Part shown: piece after piece, positions 30,560 through 46,224 of the stretch
How the letters are laid out: the number at the start of each line of letters is the position of its first letter
Numbering within the stretch: the first letter of the stretch is position 1
Assembly: GCF_009914755.1 (NCBI RefSeq)
Contig: NC_060933.1
DNA from: the human T2T-CHM13v2.0 reference genome, Homo sapiens
Strand: one strand, 5' to 3'
Length of the DNA stretch: 64,000 nucleotides
Notes under the pieces: generated by a model
What the model saw: only the letters and a program-made list of their open reading frames with translations
Told to the model about the DNA's origin: nothing
The model's database searches: none
Position numbers and translations under genes: made by a program

Positions 30560-32445
30560 ACTCATAACACACACACTGCACACACCACACCATGTGCACA
30601 TGCACACACACCCCACACACAGACACCACACAATCAGCACACACACCATGTGCACAGGCACACACACCCCTCACACCCACTGCCCACACCCCACAAACAC
30701 ACCTACTGCACACACACCATGTGCACATGCATACACCCCATACAGACACCACACACTGCACACACACCACACATAGACACCACACACACTATGTGCACAC
30801 ACCCCACACACACTGCATACACACCTTGTGCACACACACACCACAGACACCACACACACTGCACACACACCATATGCACATGCATACACTGCACACAAAC
30901 ACACTGCACACACACCATGTGCACACACACACCCCACACACATACACCACACACAGTACACACACCATGTGCACATGCACACACCCCACACAGACACCAC
31001 ACACACTGCACACACACCATGTGCATATGCACACCCCAGACATCACACACACTACACACACCACTCCATGTGCACACATGCACCCCAGACACCACACACA
31101 CTGCACACACACACCATGTGCACACACACACCCCATACACCACACACACCACACACGCCATGTGCACATGCACACCCCAGACACCACACACTGCACACAG
31201 CAGACACCACACTACACACACGTCGTGTGCACACGCACACCCACATACACACCACACTGCACACACCACATCATGTGCACATGCACACCCCACATGCAGA
31301 AGCCACACACACGGCACACACACTATGTACACATGCACACACACCACACACCATGCACGTGCACACACACACCCCTCAGACACCACACTGCACACACGAC
31401 CAAGACACCACACGCACTGCACACACCCCACACACACTGCACACACACCATGTGCACACGTACACACACACCACACACTGCACACACCATGTACACATGC
31501 ACACACCCCACACAGACACCACCCACAGACACCACACACACTGCACACAGCACACCATGTATACACACACACTGCACACACACCATGTACACATGCACAC
31601 ACACCCTGCACAGACACCACACACTGCACACACCACACCATGTGCACACGCACACACACCCTAGACACCACAGACTCCACACACTGCACACACACCATGT
31701 ATACATGCACACACCATGCACACACACCATGTGCACATGCACACACACCCCAGACACCACACACAGACACCACACTGCACCCACACCATGTATACATGCA
31801 CACACCCCACACACTGTACACACACCATGTGCACACATGCACACCTCTGACACCACACACACTGTGTACACACCATGTGCAAACATACCCCCCACAGACA
31901 TCACACACACCACACAGTATGTGCACACGTGCACACACCCCCACACCACACACATGAATCTACTACACATACACCACACACATACAGCACCACACACATC
32001 ACACACCCCATACATACTCCCCACACACCACACACCCCACACATACTCCCCACACACTGTACACGTACATACAGTGCCACACACATAGAGCAAACACATA
32101 CCTCACGTACATACACCACACCACACACACATTCTACAAACACATCAAGCACACATCAAACACTACACACACTGCACACACACAGCACCATACACACACA
32201 TCACATACACCACACACATATCACATGCACACACGACACATAGTACACATACACACCACACACACATACACCACAAACACAGCACTTATACACACCATGC
32301 ACCAACCACATACCACACACAGTATACACACATAACACTCACAATACACTCCACACACACATATACATACCCCATGTACCTACTACACACACAGACCACA
32401 CACACATATCATGCATACACCTGCACACACCTCACAGAATACATA
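30560..32445. repeat. ~1.9-kb CA-rich degenerate minisatellite / low-complexity array
   Basis: Recurrent modules CACACACTGCA, CACACACCATGTGCACATG, CACACCCC, CAGACAC; generates spurious His/Thr and Val/Cys ORFs. Confidence 0.97.
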
Positions 32446-34574
32446 CAATCCTCATTTTTAGAAATTAATTTGGCTTTTAAGGAGCCTGGATAGTAAAGTA
32501 TTTTATTGGCGTTTGAGTGAGCCAAGAAAATGCGTATAAATACACATGCATAACTTTGAGGGCCCAAGCAGCACTTTTGAAATCACAACATTAGATTAAA
32601 CCGTGTAAATTTTTTATTGTTTTTAAAAAGTCAACTCTTTCTCATTTTACTAGAAACTATTTACCAGAGTAAACTAATGAGATTCTTCCTGAGGTCAAAA
32701 GACTTTCTGGAAAAACTTCTCCTTGATGAAATTGCACTTAAAACATCACTTCCATCGTGAAGTATTTCTTTAAGATGTTCTTGGTCCTTTTCCTGTTATG
32801 TGGAATCATCAATTCAAATTTTAAAAGTGACTTTGAGATGTTTTTCATCTATTATTTAAAAAATGTTGAAGGGCTTTTTAATTCTGCCTTCAGCAGAGAT
32901 CGACACACTCTGATTATGATGTAAAACTGAATACGTTACTCTGACAGGCTTTCTCCTCTGCAGCGCCGCTACCATCATTATTAATAATGATTGAATGCTT
33001 TTACTCCATGCACAATCTATATTCCCTGCTTTATAAAGAATAGAAATCTAATTCTCACTATGAAGGCAGATAAAAGTAATCCCTTCAATCTACAGATGAC
33101 TGAATCATTTACCAAAGCACTCAGACTTTAAATAGAATTTATCAAATGTGTCTATATTTCTACGCATATAATTCATATAAAGAACATGTAGTTTAAATCA
33201 TTGCACATTTTATGCTTTTAATCAGTTGTGATGGTCATTAGTATTTTTATCGCATTTCCCCAAAGATAGGCTAATCACTGTTATTATTTTCAGCTAGAAA
33301 TATAAAAGGTATTTTCTATTTTTGATGACTTTGAAACATAACCCTTGGAATATAATATCTGTGTATAATATCTGTGGAAAGCATGAAAGTAATATTCAAA
33401 CAGTATGCATTTTTTCCAGAATGAAAATTTCCTCTACAATAACATTCATCCTTTTTTCCTGATGGACACATAACAGTCAACATTTCTAACATTGCTGGAT
33501 GTTATTTACATTAAACTTCCTCAGCTTCAGGTGTTGCAGAAACTGGGCAAGAGGCCACAAGGTACCCAATACACACACACAAAAAAAAACTTGTATTATT
33601 ATACTTACCTAAGTGTCTAAAGAGGTGGATAAATATATTAGATTGCTCCAGAACAAGGATTTTTATGGGGCCTATTGGAAAATATGACTGCAGTTTGAGT
33701 GAGATGCCTGTAAGAGATTCAATTTGGCCACTATTTATTGAGTATCCAATTTTAAAAGTACTGACAGAAGGCTCATGAGATAGAAATTTTCACCTAAGTC
33801 TATTGGAAATGTGCTACTGGATGCTGTAGTAAAGAGTGGTGTGGTAATTGTAAAACACATCTGATATCTAAACCTTTGTTTGTTTTTTACCTGAAATCTT
33901 TATGGGGGTGATTGTGTATGTCAATTTGAATCTTCCCATCAACAAGATAAATAAATAAATAGCCAGCCTACCTCAATAAATTAGTTCACCTTTTCGGCAG
34001 TGCTTCTCCTCCTTTGACAGCCACAAGATTCGCCCGGGGATCTCCTTAAAATGCAAAACCATAGACCACACTTTGACTAGCTTGGATAAGGGGCCAGAGC
34101 ATTGAAATGAGTGTGTAGGTAACTGTGCTAAGATTCTCCTGCTCATTTGGGAACTGGCTCACCATATAAATAAAGCTTAGGACCTCTAGTCCTTGCTGGA
34201 AAAGAAATACACATACATAGGATGTGACTGTGCATATGGAATATCTGTTGTGTTCTGGACATTGTGCTAGACAACAGAGATAAGGAGTCAAATAATCCCT
34301 TGTCTGTATCTGAAAAGAGCTTCTGACACAGTGGCTTCTGAGGTCTTTGAAACAAGATTCACTTTCAGATTTGATTATTTTATTTACGATTTGATATTTT
34401 CATTGAACCCCATGATATGATAAAGTTTTCCAGAACCTGCTAGAACAATTGACTTTGCTTTCAGCATTATGAAGCCACTGGGGCATATAAGTAGTTCATT
34501 TATGTTTGTATTTAACCAGACAGGAACAAGTTGAGCTACTTTTCTGGCCACCTTCGTTTAGACCTGTTTTTTTT

Positions 34575-34851
<277 letters not shown>

Positions 34852-35210
34852 GAGCTGTGTTTTTAGTCTTTTTTGAGCTGTTTTACAATGCAGTTTTGAA
34901 TTGATAAGTTTGGATTCATTCTGATATTTACAGATTTAACATCCTACTTCACAAGATGCTCATAGCCTTGATCCATTACAGTAGCCACCTTGTCCATCTC
35001 TGCTCATAGCCTAAACTAACAGAAGCCAGAGGCAAGAAATGGAAGCCAACATGAGTCCAGAACACACATTTTATAAGAGCATAAGAAATTTAAAAATAGC
35101 AAAGTATATCATGAAGTTTTTAATAGATATGCGTGGCTAAAATTTATTCTCAATCAATATATTCTATAAACTGGGAGAAAATATTAAACACATGAAAAGT
35201 AAGGAACTTG

Positions 35211-35542
<332 letters not shown>

Positions 35543-35550
35543 CTAATATG

Positions 35551-36604
<1,054 letters not shown>

Positions 36605-37188
36605 TATAACTAATATGATGAGAATGTGGTTTATGTTTTTATCTTTGCAAGATTTAGGAACATTTAGTGCAAAGAGGAAGAATTTATAATCATGGGGAGC
36701 ATGTATGATACTGGAGGGACCCTTCTGACAAGGGGGAAATGGCATCACGAGACATGCTATGGTCATAGCTTTGTGGGAGCACAGCTAGCTATGATCTCCC
36801 TCATCAAACCCATTGGGCAGTGTTCAGTTACCAACATTGAGATAGAGCTCACCCACCCAGGACAGAAAAGAACATATACACTGCAGTCAGAAGCCACTGA
36901 GTAGGAAGCTCCTTTCAGATAGAGGCAAGGGATATTTGACTTTTTATCTCTAGTGTCTAGTACAATGTCCAGAACACAACAGACATTCCATATGCACAGT
37001 CACATCCTATGTATCTGTATTTCTTTTCCAGCCGGGACTTGAGGTCCTAAGCTTCGTTAATGTGGTGAGCCAGTGCCCACATGAACAGTAGCATCTTAGC
37101 ACTGTCACCAAGACATCCATTTAAATGCTCCTATCTTAGCTAGTCAAAGTGTGGTCTATGAGTTTCCATTTTAATAAGATCCACGGGT

Positions 37189-37710
37189 GAATCTTGTGCA
37201 TATTACAGAGGAAGCACTGTCCTACATCATATGTGACAGGCTCTCATACTCACCATCTTGTACATGTTACAGGGAAGCACTGTCCTACATCATATGTGAC
37301 GGGCTCTCATAGTCACCATCATCACGGGAATCTTCTGCATGTTACAGGGAAGCACTGTCCTACATCGTATGTGACAGGCTTTCATAGTCACCATCATCAC
37401 GGGAATCTTGAGCATGTTACAGAGGAAGCAGTGGGGCCCTACATCATATGTGACAGGCTCTCATAGTCACCATCATCACGGGAATCTTGTGCATGTTACA
37501 GAGGAAGCACTGTCCTACATCATATGTGAAAGGCTCATAGTCACCATCATCATGGGAATCTTGCGCATGTTACAGGGAAGCACTGTCCTACATCGTATGT
37601 GACAGGCTTTCATAGTCACCGTCATCACGGGAATCTTGCACATGTTACAGGGAAGCACTGGGGTCCTACATCATATGTGACAGGCTCTCATAGTCACCAT
37701 CACCATGGGA
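37189..37710. repeat. VNTR, ~75-bp unit, 7 copies
   Basis: GAATCTTGTGCATGTTACAG(A)GGAAGCACTGTCCTACATCATATGTGACAGGCTCTCATAGTCACCATCATCACGG starting at ~37189, ~37254, 37328, 37403, 37482, 37556, 37631. Confidence 0.97.
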
Positions 37711-39114
37711 AGCTGCATTTAGAGCATTTTAACTATATGGGCTCTGAAATCAGATGACCTAGGTTTAGACTTCCTTCTACTTCTTACTAAGCAGAGAACT
37801 CTGGGGTGAAAACTTTACGAGGCCCAGTTTTATCATGTGCAAATTGGAGGTATAGGGAAATTATAGCATTTTGCATGGAATATTGTTTTAAGTATAAAAT
37901 GAAATAGTACAGAGGAAGCTTCTGCCATACCTTAACTACACAATAAATATTAGTTAATATTAACTCATTTAATCCTAAGAAGAGGTCTATAAATTTGTAC
38001 ACAATAATTTTTTGTGGCTACTCAAATTTTCATAATTAATCTAGATTTAAAATCAAGGAATATTCTTACTTGTAGTTGGCAATCAATATGACATGCCAAA
38101 ATTATATGTAAGTATTTTATTGTTGGTGAGGATATAAGAAATTTACCATCAAAAGAGAGACGATAATCTATGCTTGCAGACTCCGGAAAGCTGTCTCTCA
38201 CATAAGAATTTGCAATTTCTGGGGGAAAAGAAAAAGTTGATTGTGCAAATAAACATTACCATGGAGTCTTCTCTATGGCAACATCAAAAATGGAAGCTAA
38301 TTCTCATCTTCCTAACAATCTGCAAAGACGAGTGAAACACAACCTACTGAGCATCAAGTTAAAGAAGGAGAGAAATTTGAGTGGCACAGGAGGAAATCAT
38401 GTCACCGCTAGCGAAATCAATATGACGAGTGCTCCTCTGCCCTCCTCCGAGGCTAAGGATGGGTTAAATATCAGTGGCTGACCTCAGGTAATGGAATAAG
38501 CAAAAAAGCTATAAAAATGCATGCATTACGTAATTAAGAGGGTGGGAAGGTATTTTTTTAAAAAGGCAATTCCTACTTGGGTTCCTTCCTGTTCACCCCG
38601 TTGGCAAAGAAGCTAGTCTTGTCCTAGAATTCTGGGAATGGCTGCAGACAAAACAAACACTGAGCAGATGAAATTCCCAGTAATTTAAACAAAACTCATG
38701 ATATCCTTGTGTACAAGATGGAAGAAGAGTGGACCAGATGACAATATTTAGATGGAGTCATTCTTAACCCCCGTTGCTCTCCCAGTGGTCTAGCTGGGGT
38801 TTGTATAAAGTGGAATGGGAGGAATAGGGAAGGAGCCCCCACCTACCCTCTCCCCTTGTCCACTTGTCCTCCTTCACTAGTGGATAAAGTCCACGGGAAC
38901 AGGCAAGTTATTTTAAATCTGTATCTTCTGTTGTCAAGATCTATAATCAGTTCTGCTTGCTGGACTGGGGACAGGAACCAAGGGAACATGAGGGTTGACG
39001 TGGAGTCCAGGAACACACTGTGCCTACATGCAGAATGTTTGTGCCAGGAAAGCCAGTCAGCAGGCAGATGGTCTCAGATACCAAGCTAGTGTTGGGAAGC
39101 AAGATTCAGTCTCT

Positions 39115-39530
39115 TGAAGGCGGTGTTCCTCATTCTGTGGTTTGTATCACTTGCTTCAGAATGACCTGGAGTACTTGTTAAAATGCAAATTTTGAGCCCA
39201 ATCCTAGACCTCCTAAGCCTGCATCTCTACGGATGGGTCACAGTAGTCGATATTGGAAACGTGCAGGTCCCTAGGAGATGCTTATGCATATAGATTTGAA
39301 CTGTTGTGTTTAAGGGTTAGGGAGCTGGCAAAAGCAAGGAATAGACCAAGCCCTCGGGTGGGAAGGCTCCATAACCTTGGCACTGTTAGCATTCTGGGCG
39401 GAACAGGATTCTGCCACATGCTTCGCAGCATCCCTAGCCTCTACTCTCTAAGACCGTATTCCAGTTGTGAAAACGAAAATGTCCCCTGGGAGGCAAAATA
39501 GTCACCAGTTGGGAACTGGAACCACTGCTT
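39115..39530. mobile_element. hAT-family MITE remnants (MER5-like ~39115-39310; MER20-like ~39360-39530)
   Basis: CAGAATGACCTGGAG..CTTGTTAAAATGCA; GCAGCATCCCTAGCCTCTAC..AAATGTCCCCTGGGAGGCAAAAT. Confidence 0.6.
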
Positions 39531-40559
39531 TGTGAGATCAGAGTGGTTACTTTGTTCCCAATCCAAGGATCAGAACACACGATGAGAGAAAGTCCAGCTA
39601 TTGGAACTGGAGTGCCAAGTTGGAGCTAGACCTACAACAAAAGCTCCAAAAGCTCCTTTATAGAGCTGATCCCATGCCTCAGCTACCTAGCTTGTACAGA
39701 TGCCATGTAACTCTAGATTTGGTGACAGAAGGAATTTAAAGGCTAGAACTAGATAGGGTCTTTCAGGTTAGGCCAGCACACAACGTGGACTTTTGACATC
39801 ATCCAGATGCTTGAACCAACCTCAGTCCTGAGGCAGAATTTCCCGTGGCATCTGATACACAGCCTGGATTTGGAGCACTCACTGGGATTAGATGCCACGG
39901 GAATATTGTGTTTAGGAACTCTGAAAGAGACATGCTTCAACAAAGCAGACCTAAGCAACACGTAGCGTCTGAACTTCTTTATCAGCTTCCATTCCAGCCC
40001 ATGAGGACAAAAGCATCACATACATATCCACTGTGGCAAACCTGTCCTCAGTAGGGAGTTTCCCCAGTATTACTCTCCCCTCTGTTCTGAGCCTACTTGC
40101 TCCTTTGTAATGTTTCCACTTTCTGTCCCACTCCCTAATAGATGATTTGTCCTCTCTGCCCAGCCCCCTAGTTCTGATATTTGGATTGTCTGTGATCTGG
40201 GTAGTACTTAGGAGGTAGAATCAAAGCCTTGTTGATTGGATTGGGAGTTTCTAACTTCCTATTAAAGGCACTGATTAAGCATCTATTGTATAAAGTAAAG
40301 TAAGATTATGATCCAGTAAGAAAGATTCCACAAGTAGCGCAGGAAGAATTGGTTTCTAGTACACTTCATGCTTCAGGACCAGAAATCCAGAAAAAAATTC
40401 TGTGGTACGTTAAGTGTTTACTGTAAGTTTCATTTCCATGTGAAAAACTGTAGTTAGCTAAAAAGTACATCCATGAAGAATCCTGATTAAACTTGTTTAA
40501 TCCTGGTTAAACTAGCTACTAGCTAAACAATAAGTTCACAACAACTCAAGAACTCTGTA

Positions 40560-40667
40560 AAAGCATTTCCTCTGAATATTTTATTCAGAAAAAAAAACAC
40601 AAAAAGGTAAGACAGAAACAAAAATCCCAGTCATTTGCAGTATCTGTCAGCTTTCAATTTGGTTCTC
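40560..40667 (-). pseudogene. FRG1: FRG1 last exon (exon 9) with 3'UTR
   Basis: RTKLKADRYCK* (TGA at 40631-40633); AATAAA at 40580-40585; acceptor reads CAA instead of CAG. Confidence 0.93.
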
Positions 40668-41844
40668 TTGTTTAAATAAAGAAAAATAGTAAAATTAATC
40701 TATGTAAAACATGTCATATATATTCAACTGCTACTAAATATAAAAAGCTTTAAAACTGTGTGTTCAATTTTGGTTAGTGTATTACCACAACACTTATATT
40801 AAAATATGTATACTTTTAAATTTGGTTTCTATAAAAAATGGATTCTAATCTTATAAAAGTTATTTCCTAATATTCAATAAATGTTGCCTAAGGGCTTTTT
40901 CAATCCAAATAGCAATTTTAATTATTCTGGAATTTAAGGGTGCTCTAAATTTCCATTTAACAGGGTGAGAACGCTGTATTATTACAAGTGAAAAAAGTTA
41001 CAGGACATAGAGCTTATTCCGTTTTAGACTCCACATCCTGATTATATTTTATATCCTCTTCTTGATTTCTTACAACTAGATACATACTCATTTGCTCAGC
41101 TGGAAAAAGTTCTTAACGTTATTTACTGACTTTAGGTATGAACTCTACCAGCTAGTTAACAGGAAATACGTAATTAAACATTGACTTTATCAAGTAATGT
41201 AAAAAAAGGGTAAGAGTAACTTTCCAACATAGGACTTGAATGAGCGGCTGGTGATTATCAAAATCTGGCACTTAATTGATTTATACTTGTACACTCACAG
41301 CTAAACGTCTCTACCTGTTTTTCTATGTTGTAAATCTAGGACATCACTTATCTACATAGGAATAGTAATAAATATTAATAATGTGCTATGATAAACATCC
41401 TGCACTCTTCCAAATCTTACAGTAAAACTGCTTCAATTTCACTTGTTTAGCTTTTATACTTAGTTTTTTAGTTGATCTATGCTTATTTTAAGGAACCTGA
41501 ACTACTCTAACAGAATCCACATAATTTTTATATTAGTCAAACTGCTTCTTTCTAACTCTGGTTCTAATAGTTATAAAAAGATAATGATAAATTTATGAAG
41601 TAGATACAGTCAAACCTGAATTTCTTAAAGTATATGTTTAGAATCGGTTATAATTTTTAGATATTCTTTCTTGAAAGTCTTTTCCCAAACTCATGATGTC
41701 CTCTCTAGGTAATATTGCCACACTCATAAATTAGAAATAAAGACAAAAATGTGAAAACTACAGTAATTTAAGAGAATGTAGGTTTTCTATATGCCATTTC
41801 TATTGGCTACTGAAAATAGTGGAAATAAGTACATAAATAGCTAC

Positions 41845-41954
41845 CTGTCCAGAAGCGTCTCATGCAAAAATCCATCTTTCTGCGTCTTTTTAAGAATTTT
41901 ACTGCTTCTTGACTTATTTTAAGTTTGTGGTCTTGGAAGCTCTGAAATTTCTTT
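41845..41954 (-). pseudogene. FRG1: FRG1 exon 8, 1-nt deletion frameshift
   Basis: ttgcag|A AAG AAA TTT CAG AGC TTC CAA GAC CAC AAA CTT (KKFQSFQDHKL)...GAGACGCTTCTGGACAG|gtag; 110 nt; GAAG-CAGT where FRG1 has GAAGACAGT. Confidence 0.93.
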
Positions 41955-42052
41955 CTGCAAAGAAAATGCCTTCATTGAAAAAACCTCAAACTCTGATTAT
42001 ACATATTTACTATTAAATTTATAAATACTGTTAATTTCTTTTTCACTTATTA

Positions 42053-42382
<330 letters not shown>

Positions 42383-42699
42383 TTAAATAAGCTGGAGCTT
42401 TTGAACAACAAAGGTGACCTCTCAAGAGGAGGGCCACTCATTGACTGGGTAGCACAAGGCCCCATTTCTATTAGGGCATGCTGGCTGGAGTCCCCTGTGT
42501 CCTGGCCATAGCACAGCCTTTGACTGGCATCACTCCCATTGTATGAATGAATAGAGAGATTGACTAACCCGACTGACTAGTTTTGGGAGCTGGTAGGATG
42601 ATTAGGAAAACTGAACCCTCAAGAAAAGAAAAGCATTTAGCTCAGTGCTCTGTCCCAGAGGCTACATTGTGTTGCCTCTTCTTGTCCATCAGTTTTCAT

Positions 42700-42852
42700 T
42701 TTTTCAGACGGGGTCTTGCTCTGTCACCCAGGCTGGAATGCAGTGGTGATCAGAGCTCACTGCAGCCTTGAACTCCTGGGCTCAAACAATCCTCCTGTCT
42801 CAGCCTCCCGAGTAGCTGGGCCTACATGCATGCACCACCATCCCCAGCTAAT
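42700..42852 (-). mobile_element. AluJ right-arm fragment
   Basis: GGGTCTTGCTCTGTCACCCAGGCTGG..GAGCTCACTGCAGCCTTG. Confidence 0.85.
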
Positions 42853-42930
42853 TAGGTAATTTATTTTGAAAGCACTTTGAGAAGCACTTCACTGTCAAAT
42901 CTGTAGGTCTAAAAGGAAAAGCATACATAC

Positions 42931-43022
42931 ACATAATTGATTTCACATTGTTTTACATTTCCTTTGTCTTCTTCTGGAATGTCATCTTTTTTCTTGGTTT
43001 CTCTTTCAGCACAGGATCTAAT
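42931..43022 (-). pseudogene. FRG1: FRG1 exon 7
   Basis: ctag|[30 protein letters not shown](V)|gtatgt; 92 nt. Confidence 0.95.
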
Positions 43023-45079
43023 CTAGATATTGGAAAAGAGAATCCAATGGGTTATATGTTTATCTTCCACCTTCCCCACTTTACGTATCACATAAGAACA
43101 TTCGAGATGATTTCTTATGCAGAAGAAAAAATTAACTGAGCAACTATATTCAGAAAAAGACAGGTTCTGGCTATGTGTTTTTACTTCATATATATAATCT
43201 ATATGAGTAAGTGCTATCACATGCTTCCTCCACAGCCCTTGTGTCAGAAACACTACAGACAAAATTATTTCAGAAACATTTTACACATCAGATCTGTTAG
43301 GCAGTAAAGCAATCATTAACTAATTTAATTTTGTCCTCCAAGTCAATACACTAGGATCAAATTATCCCTAGTAGACAAGTGTTCATTTGATCAGATTGAA
43401 AGCTTAATAGCTATTTTAGATTGCACAGACTATTACCAAAGTATTAAAACTTTTAACATTACACAACTTGTTTTTAATTAATTGGAACCCACCTCTTTTA
43501 CTAGCTTCTTATATCCTCCTAAGTTTGGATAGATGTTTACTATCACATGTCATAAGTTAATTGATCTGCATTCAACAATTAGGATCGCCCACAGAACAGG
43601 TAATTGGCAATGGTAAGGACTCATGTCTCCTAAGGGATCTCTGTGGCCAGAGTCTAGTTCCAGGGCTGCTTAGAAAGTGATGACAAATAACGTGTTTGTG
43701 CCAATGACATCTTTGTGACAGTTTTGATTAGAGGGGTCCCAGACCTGAAAACATTCCCTGCTAGGGCCTGTAGCACAATGCTACCTTTAGTAAGAGGGAT
43801 CTGTGTTCTGGTAGATAAGGCAAGGTCATAAAGGTGAAGGGCTGACAGAGATTAGGAGAGCCTGCAATTAAATGGTACGAAAAGAGTCCTAAATAATCAC
43901 TGTTCAGAGCTTCCAAGTACTTGACTAACCAAAGAGACCCAGAAAACTTTGTATTTCATCTGAAAATTGCTTTAAATAGTGAAAAATGCAATCTTTGTGT
44001 AAGTATCTTTGTATCTTTGTATAAGTGCAAAGCACTGCACATATATTTGCAATTGTTGCCTTCAATAACACTTTTGTGATGATATCCAGATGAAAAATAA
44101 TTTAAACATGATACAATAAAATATAAATAAATTAAATTAAATGTAAGTCACAAACCCATCTGCATTTCCTCCATGACCTGTTTCCTGAGAAGCAATGTGC
44201 TATGAAATACTGAGACTGGCCTCTGGAGTCAGCTGGGCCTGGGTACACATCCTGTCTTACCACACCTTGAAATCACTGTGATTTCCATGAACTGACTGAC
44301 AAAAACCACGAGGATGTAAGGAGGGTCAGAGGCTGTCTTACTGTCTGTAAGGCTGAGCTCACATCCACCTCACAGGAGCATTATGGAAATTCAAGACTGC
44401 AACGCATGTGCCGGATGCATGCAACGAAAAAATATAACACTTCACTTCTCTAACTGTAAGAAAATACCTACATTTTAGATTGAAATTGTTTGAGCTTTAG
44501 ATTTGAAATTATCTGAAATCAAGACTATTCTAAAAAGAAAATCAAACATATGACCGGAAATCTAACATGAAGCACATACAGAGAATTGATAGATGCTTTT
44601 AAATTACACTGGTAGTAGAGAAAAATGTAACATAAATTTTTATGCTCTGATTATAAGAACAAAGGCCGTTTTAGAAAAGGCATTTGCCCCCTCTCTTAGA
44701 GCCTTCCACTCTGGCCCCCACAATGCCTGACAGAGTAAATCTGGGTCAGACTGGATGCAACCTGTGATTCCCAAAAGAGACAAACAAAGCAAGGTTCAGG
44801 ATGCTCAGTACTGCGATGGAATGCCAAGACACAGAAAAGCCATGTGTCAAGAAGGGGGGAGTTATTCTTTAGACACATCCTGATATATGTTTATCATTAA
44901 AGATCAGTGGCTTTTGTGAGTCTAAAAAATTAAGCCTTAAATGTTTTCATCAAATTCCAGTTAACTACCGATTTATCTAGGTTATATTAACAGTATTATT
45001 TAGAATTTCACCTTGATATGAAGATGTCTGTGTAACTTTTACAATGATGTAAAACAAAGAGTAGGATTAGGGAGGGCAC

Positions 45080-45121
45080 AGGCCACTGGTGTAATGGATA
45101 ACGCGTCTGACTACGGATGAG
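45080..45121 (+). pseudogene. tRNA-Arg(ACG) 5'-half fragment
   Basis: GGCCACTGGTGTAATGGATAACGCGTCTGACTACGGATGAG vs tRNA-Arg-ACG GGCCAGTGGCGCAATGGATAACGCGTCTGACTACGGATCAG; T-arm and 3' acceptor strand absent. Confidence 0.85.
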
Positions 45122-46224
45122 GGAATTTAGCCTGGAATAAGGAACTTTTATTTCCAGCTTAGTGACGCACACAAATTTTAAAAATAAAATAAAAATCATG
45201 TTTTATGTGATTCATGTTTCTCCTAATGCAAAGAAGATGGGTACTATTACTAAAAATATTTTTTAAATGTAAGGGCTAAGGCCCCAGAAGTTCTGCTATG
45301 ATTTTTTATGTTTCATAGAGTGATTATCATCACAGAAGCTCAAGCATTACATAAATACAAATGCGTATACCCCGACCTGGTAATTCTGCTTCTTGAAATT
45401 TATCTTCAGGTCCACCCGCACATCTACAAATTGATGCATATTCAATGTTATGTACTGCAGCACTGTTTATAAGAGCAAAAGACTGGAAACAGCCTAAATT
45501 TCCATCTATAAAAGACTAAATAAATAAAGGTACATCCCTAAAATGGAATATTATGTGGCGTTAAAAAAGAGAGAGAGAGAAAGAGAGGAGAAGCAAGAAA
45601 AAGAGAAAGCTTTCTACATTCAAACTAATAGTAGAAAACTCTCCAAGATACAATTTTAAAGAAAAAAAAATCAAAGTCGAGAAAACTATAGAGGAGGCTG
45701 CCTTTAGTGTAAGACAGTTGAAAATTATAAATATATTCATATGTTTATAAAGAAATTTTAGGAGGCTATAAAAAAACAAAACAAAGGGAAAGAGGAACAG
45801 GAGCTGGGACACAGGTGAGCAAGATGCATGGCAGGCATATGTCTTCATCTTCGTATGCTTTTATTTAAAAATGTTGGACCATGTGTACATGTTATCTATT
45901 TTAAAAATTAGATTTTAAAATACAAGCAAGAAAACAAGAAAATGAAAGCATAAAAAGAGCATGTGGAACTACCAGTAAAAGATACTAATCCATGGAGATA
46001 ATGGCAAGGTAGCTCCTAGATGCACTGATTTCTCTACCACATTGTGTAAACAAGCCATCAACTATGCGATTTGTAATTAAAAATGAGTCTATTTGAAACA
46101 CCACATTATAAAAAGCTATTAAGTAAATCTTCAAAGTGACAGTAAATGATGACTTAACATTTTAAAGAGATACAGTCACATCGCATGTGTGAATGCAGTC
46201 ATCTGTATAAAATGTCATCATTAC

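Noticed and set aside
30353-32243. Long His/Thr/Pro- and Val/Cys-rich ORFs (up to 534 aa)
   Set aside because: Produced by the CA-rich array, which has few stop codons in most frames
37189-37710. CRISPR-like array
   Set aside because: Whole units repeat with no unique spacers; eukaryotic VNTR
38260-38319. Minus-strand 60-nt exon-like segment (tttgcag|...|gtaatg) as a coding exon
   Set aside because: Stops in all three frames and no recognisable homology
45080-45121. Functional tRNA gene
   Set aside because: Only the 5' half is present; no B-box/T-arm
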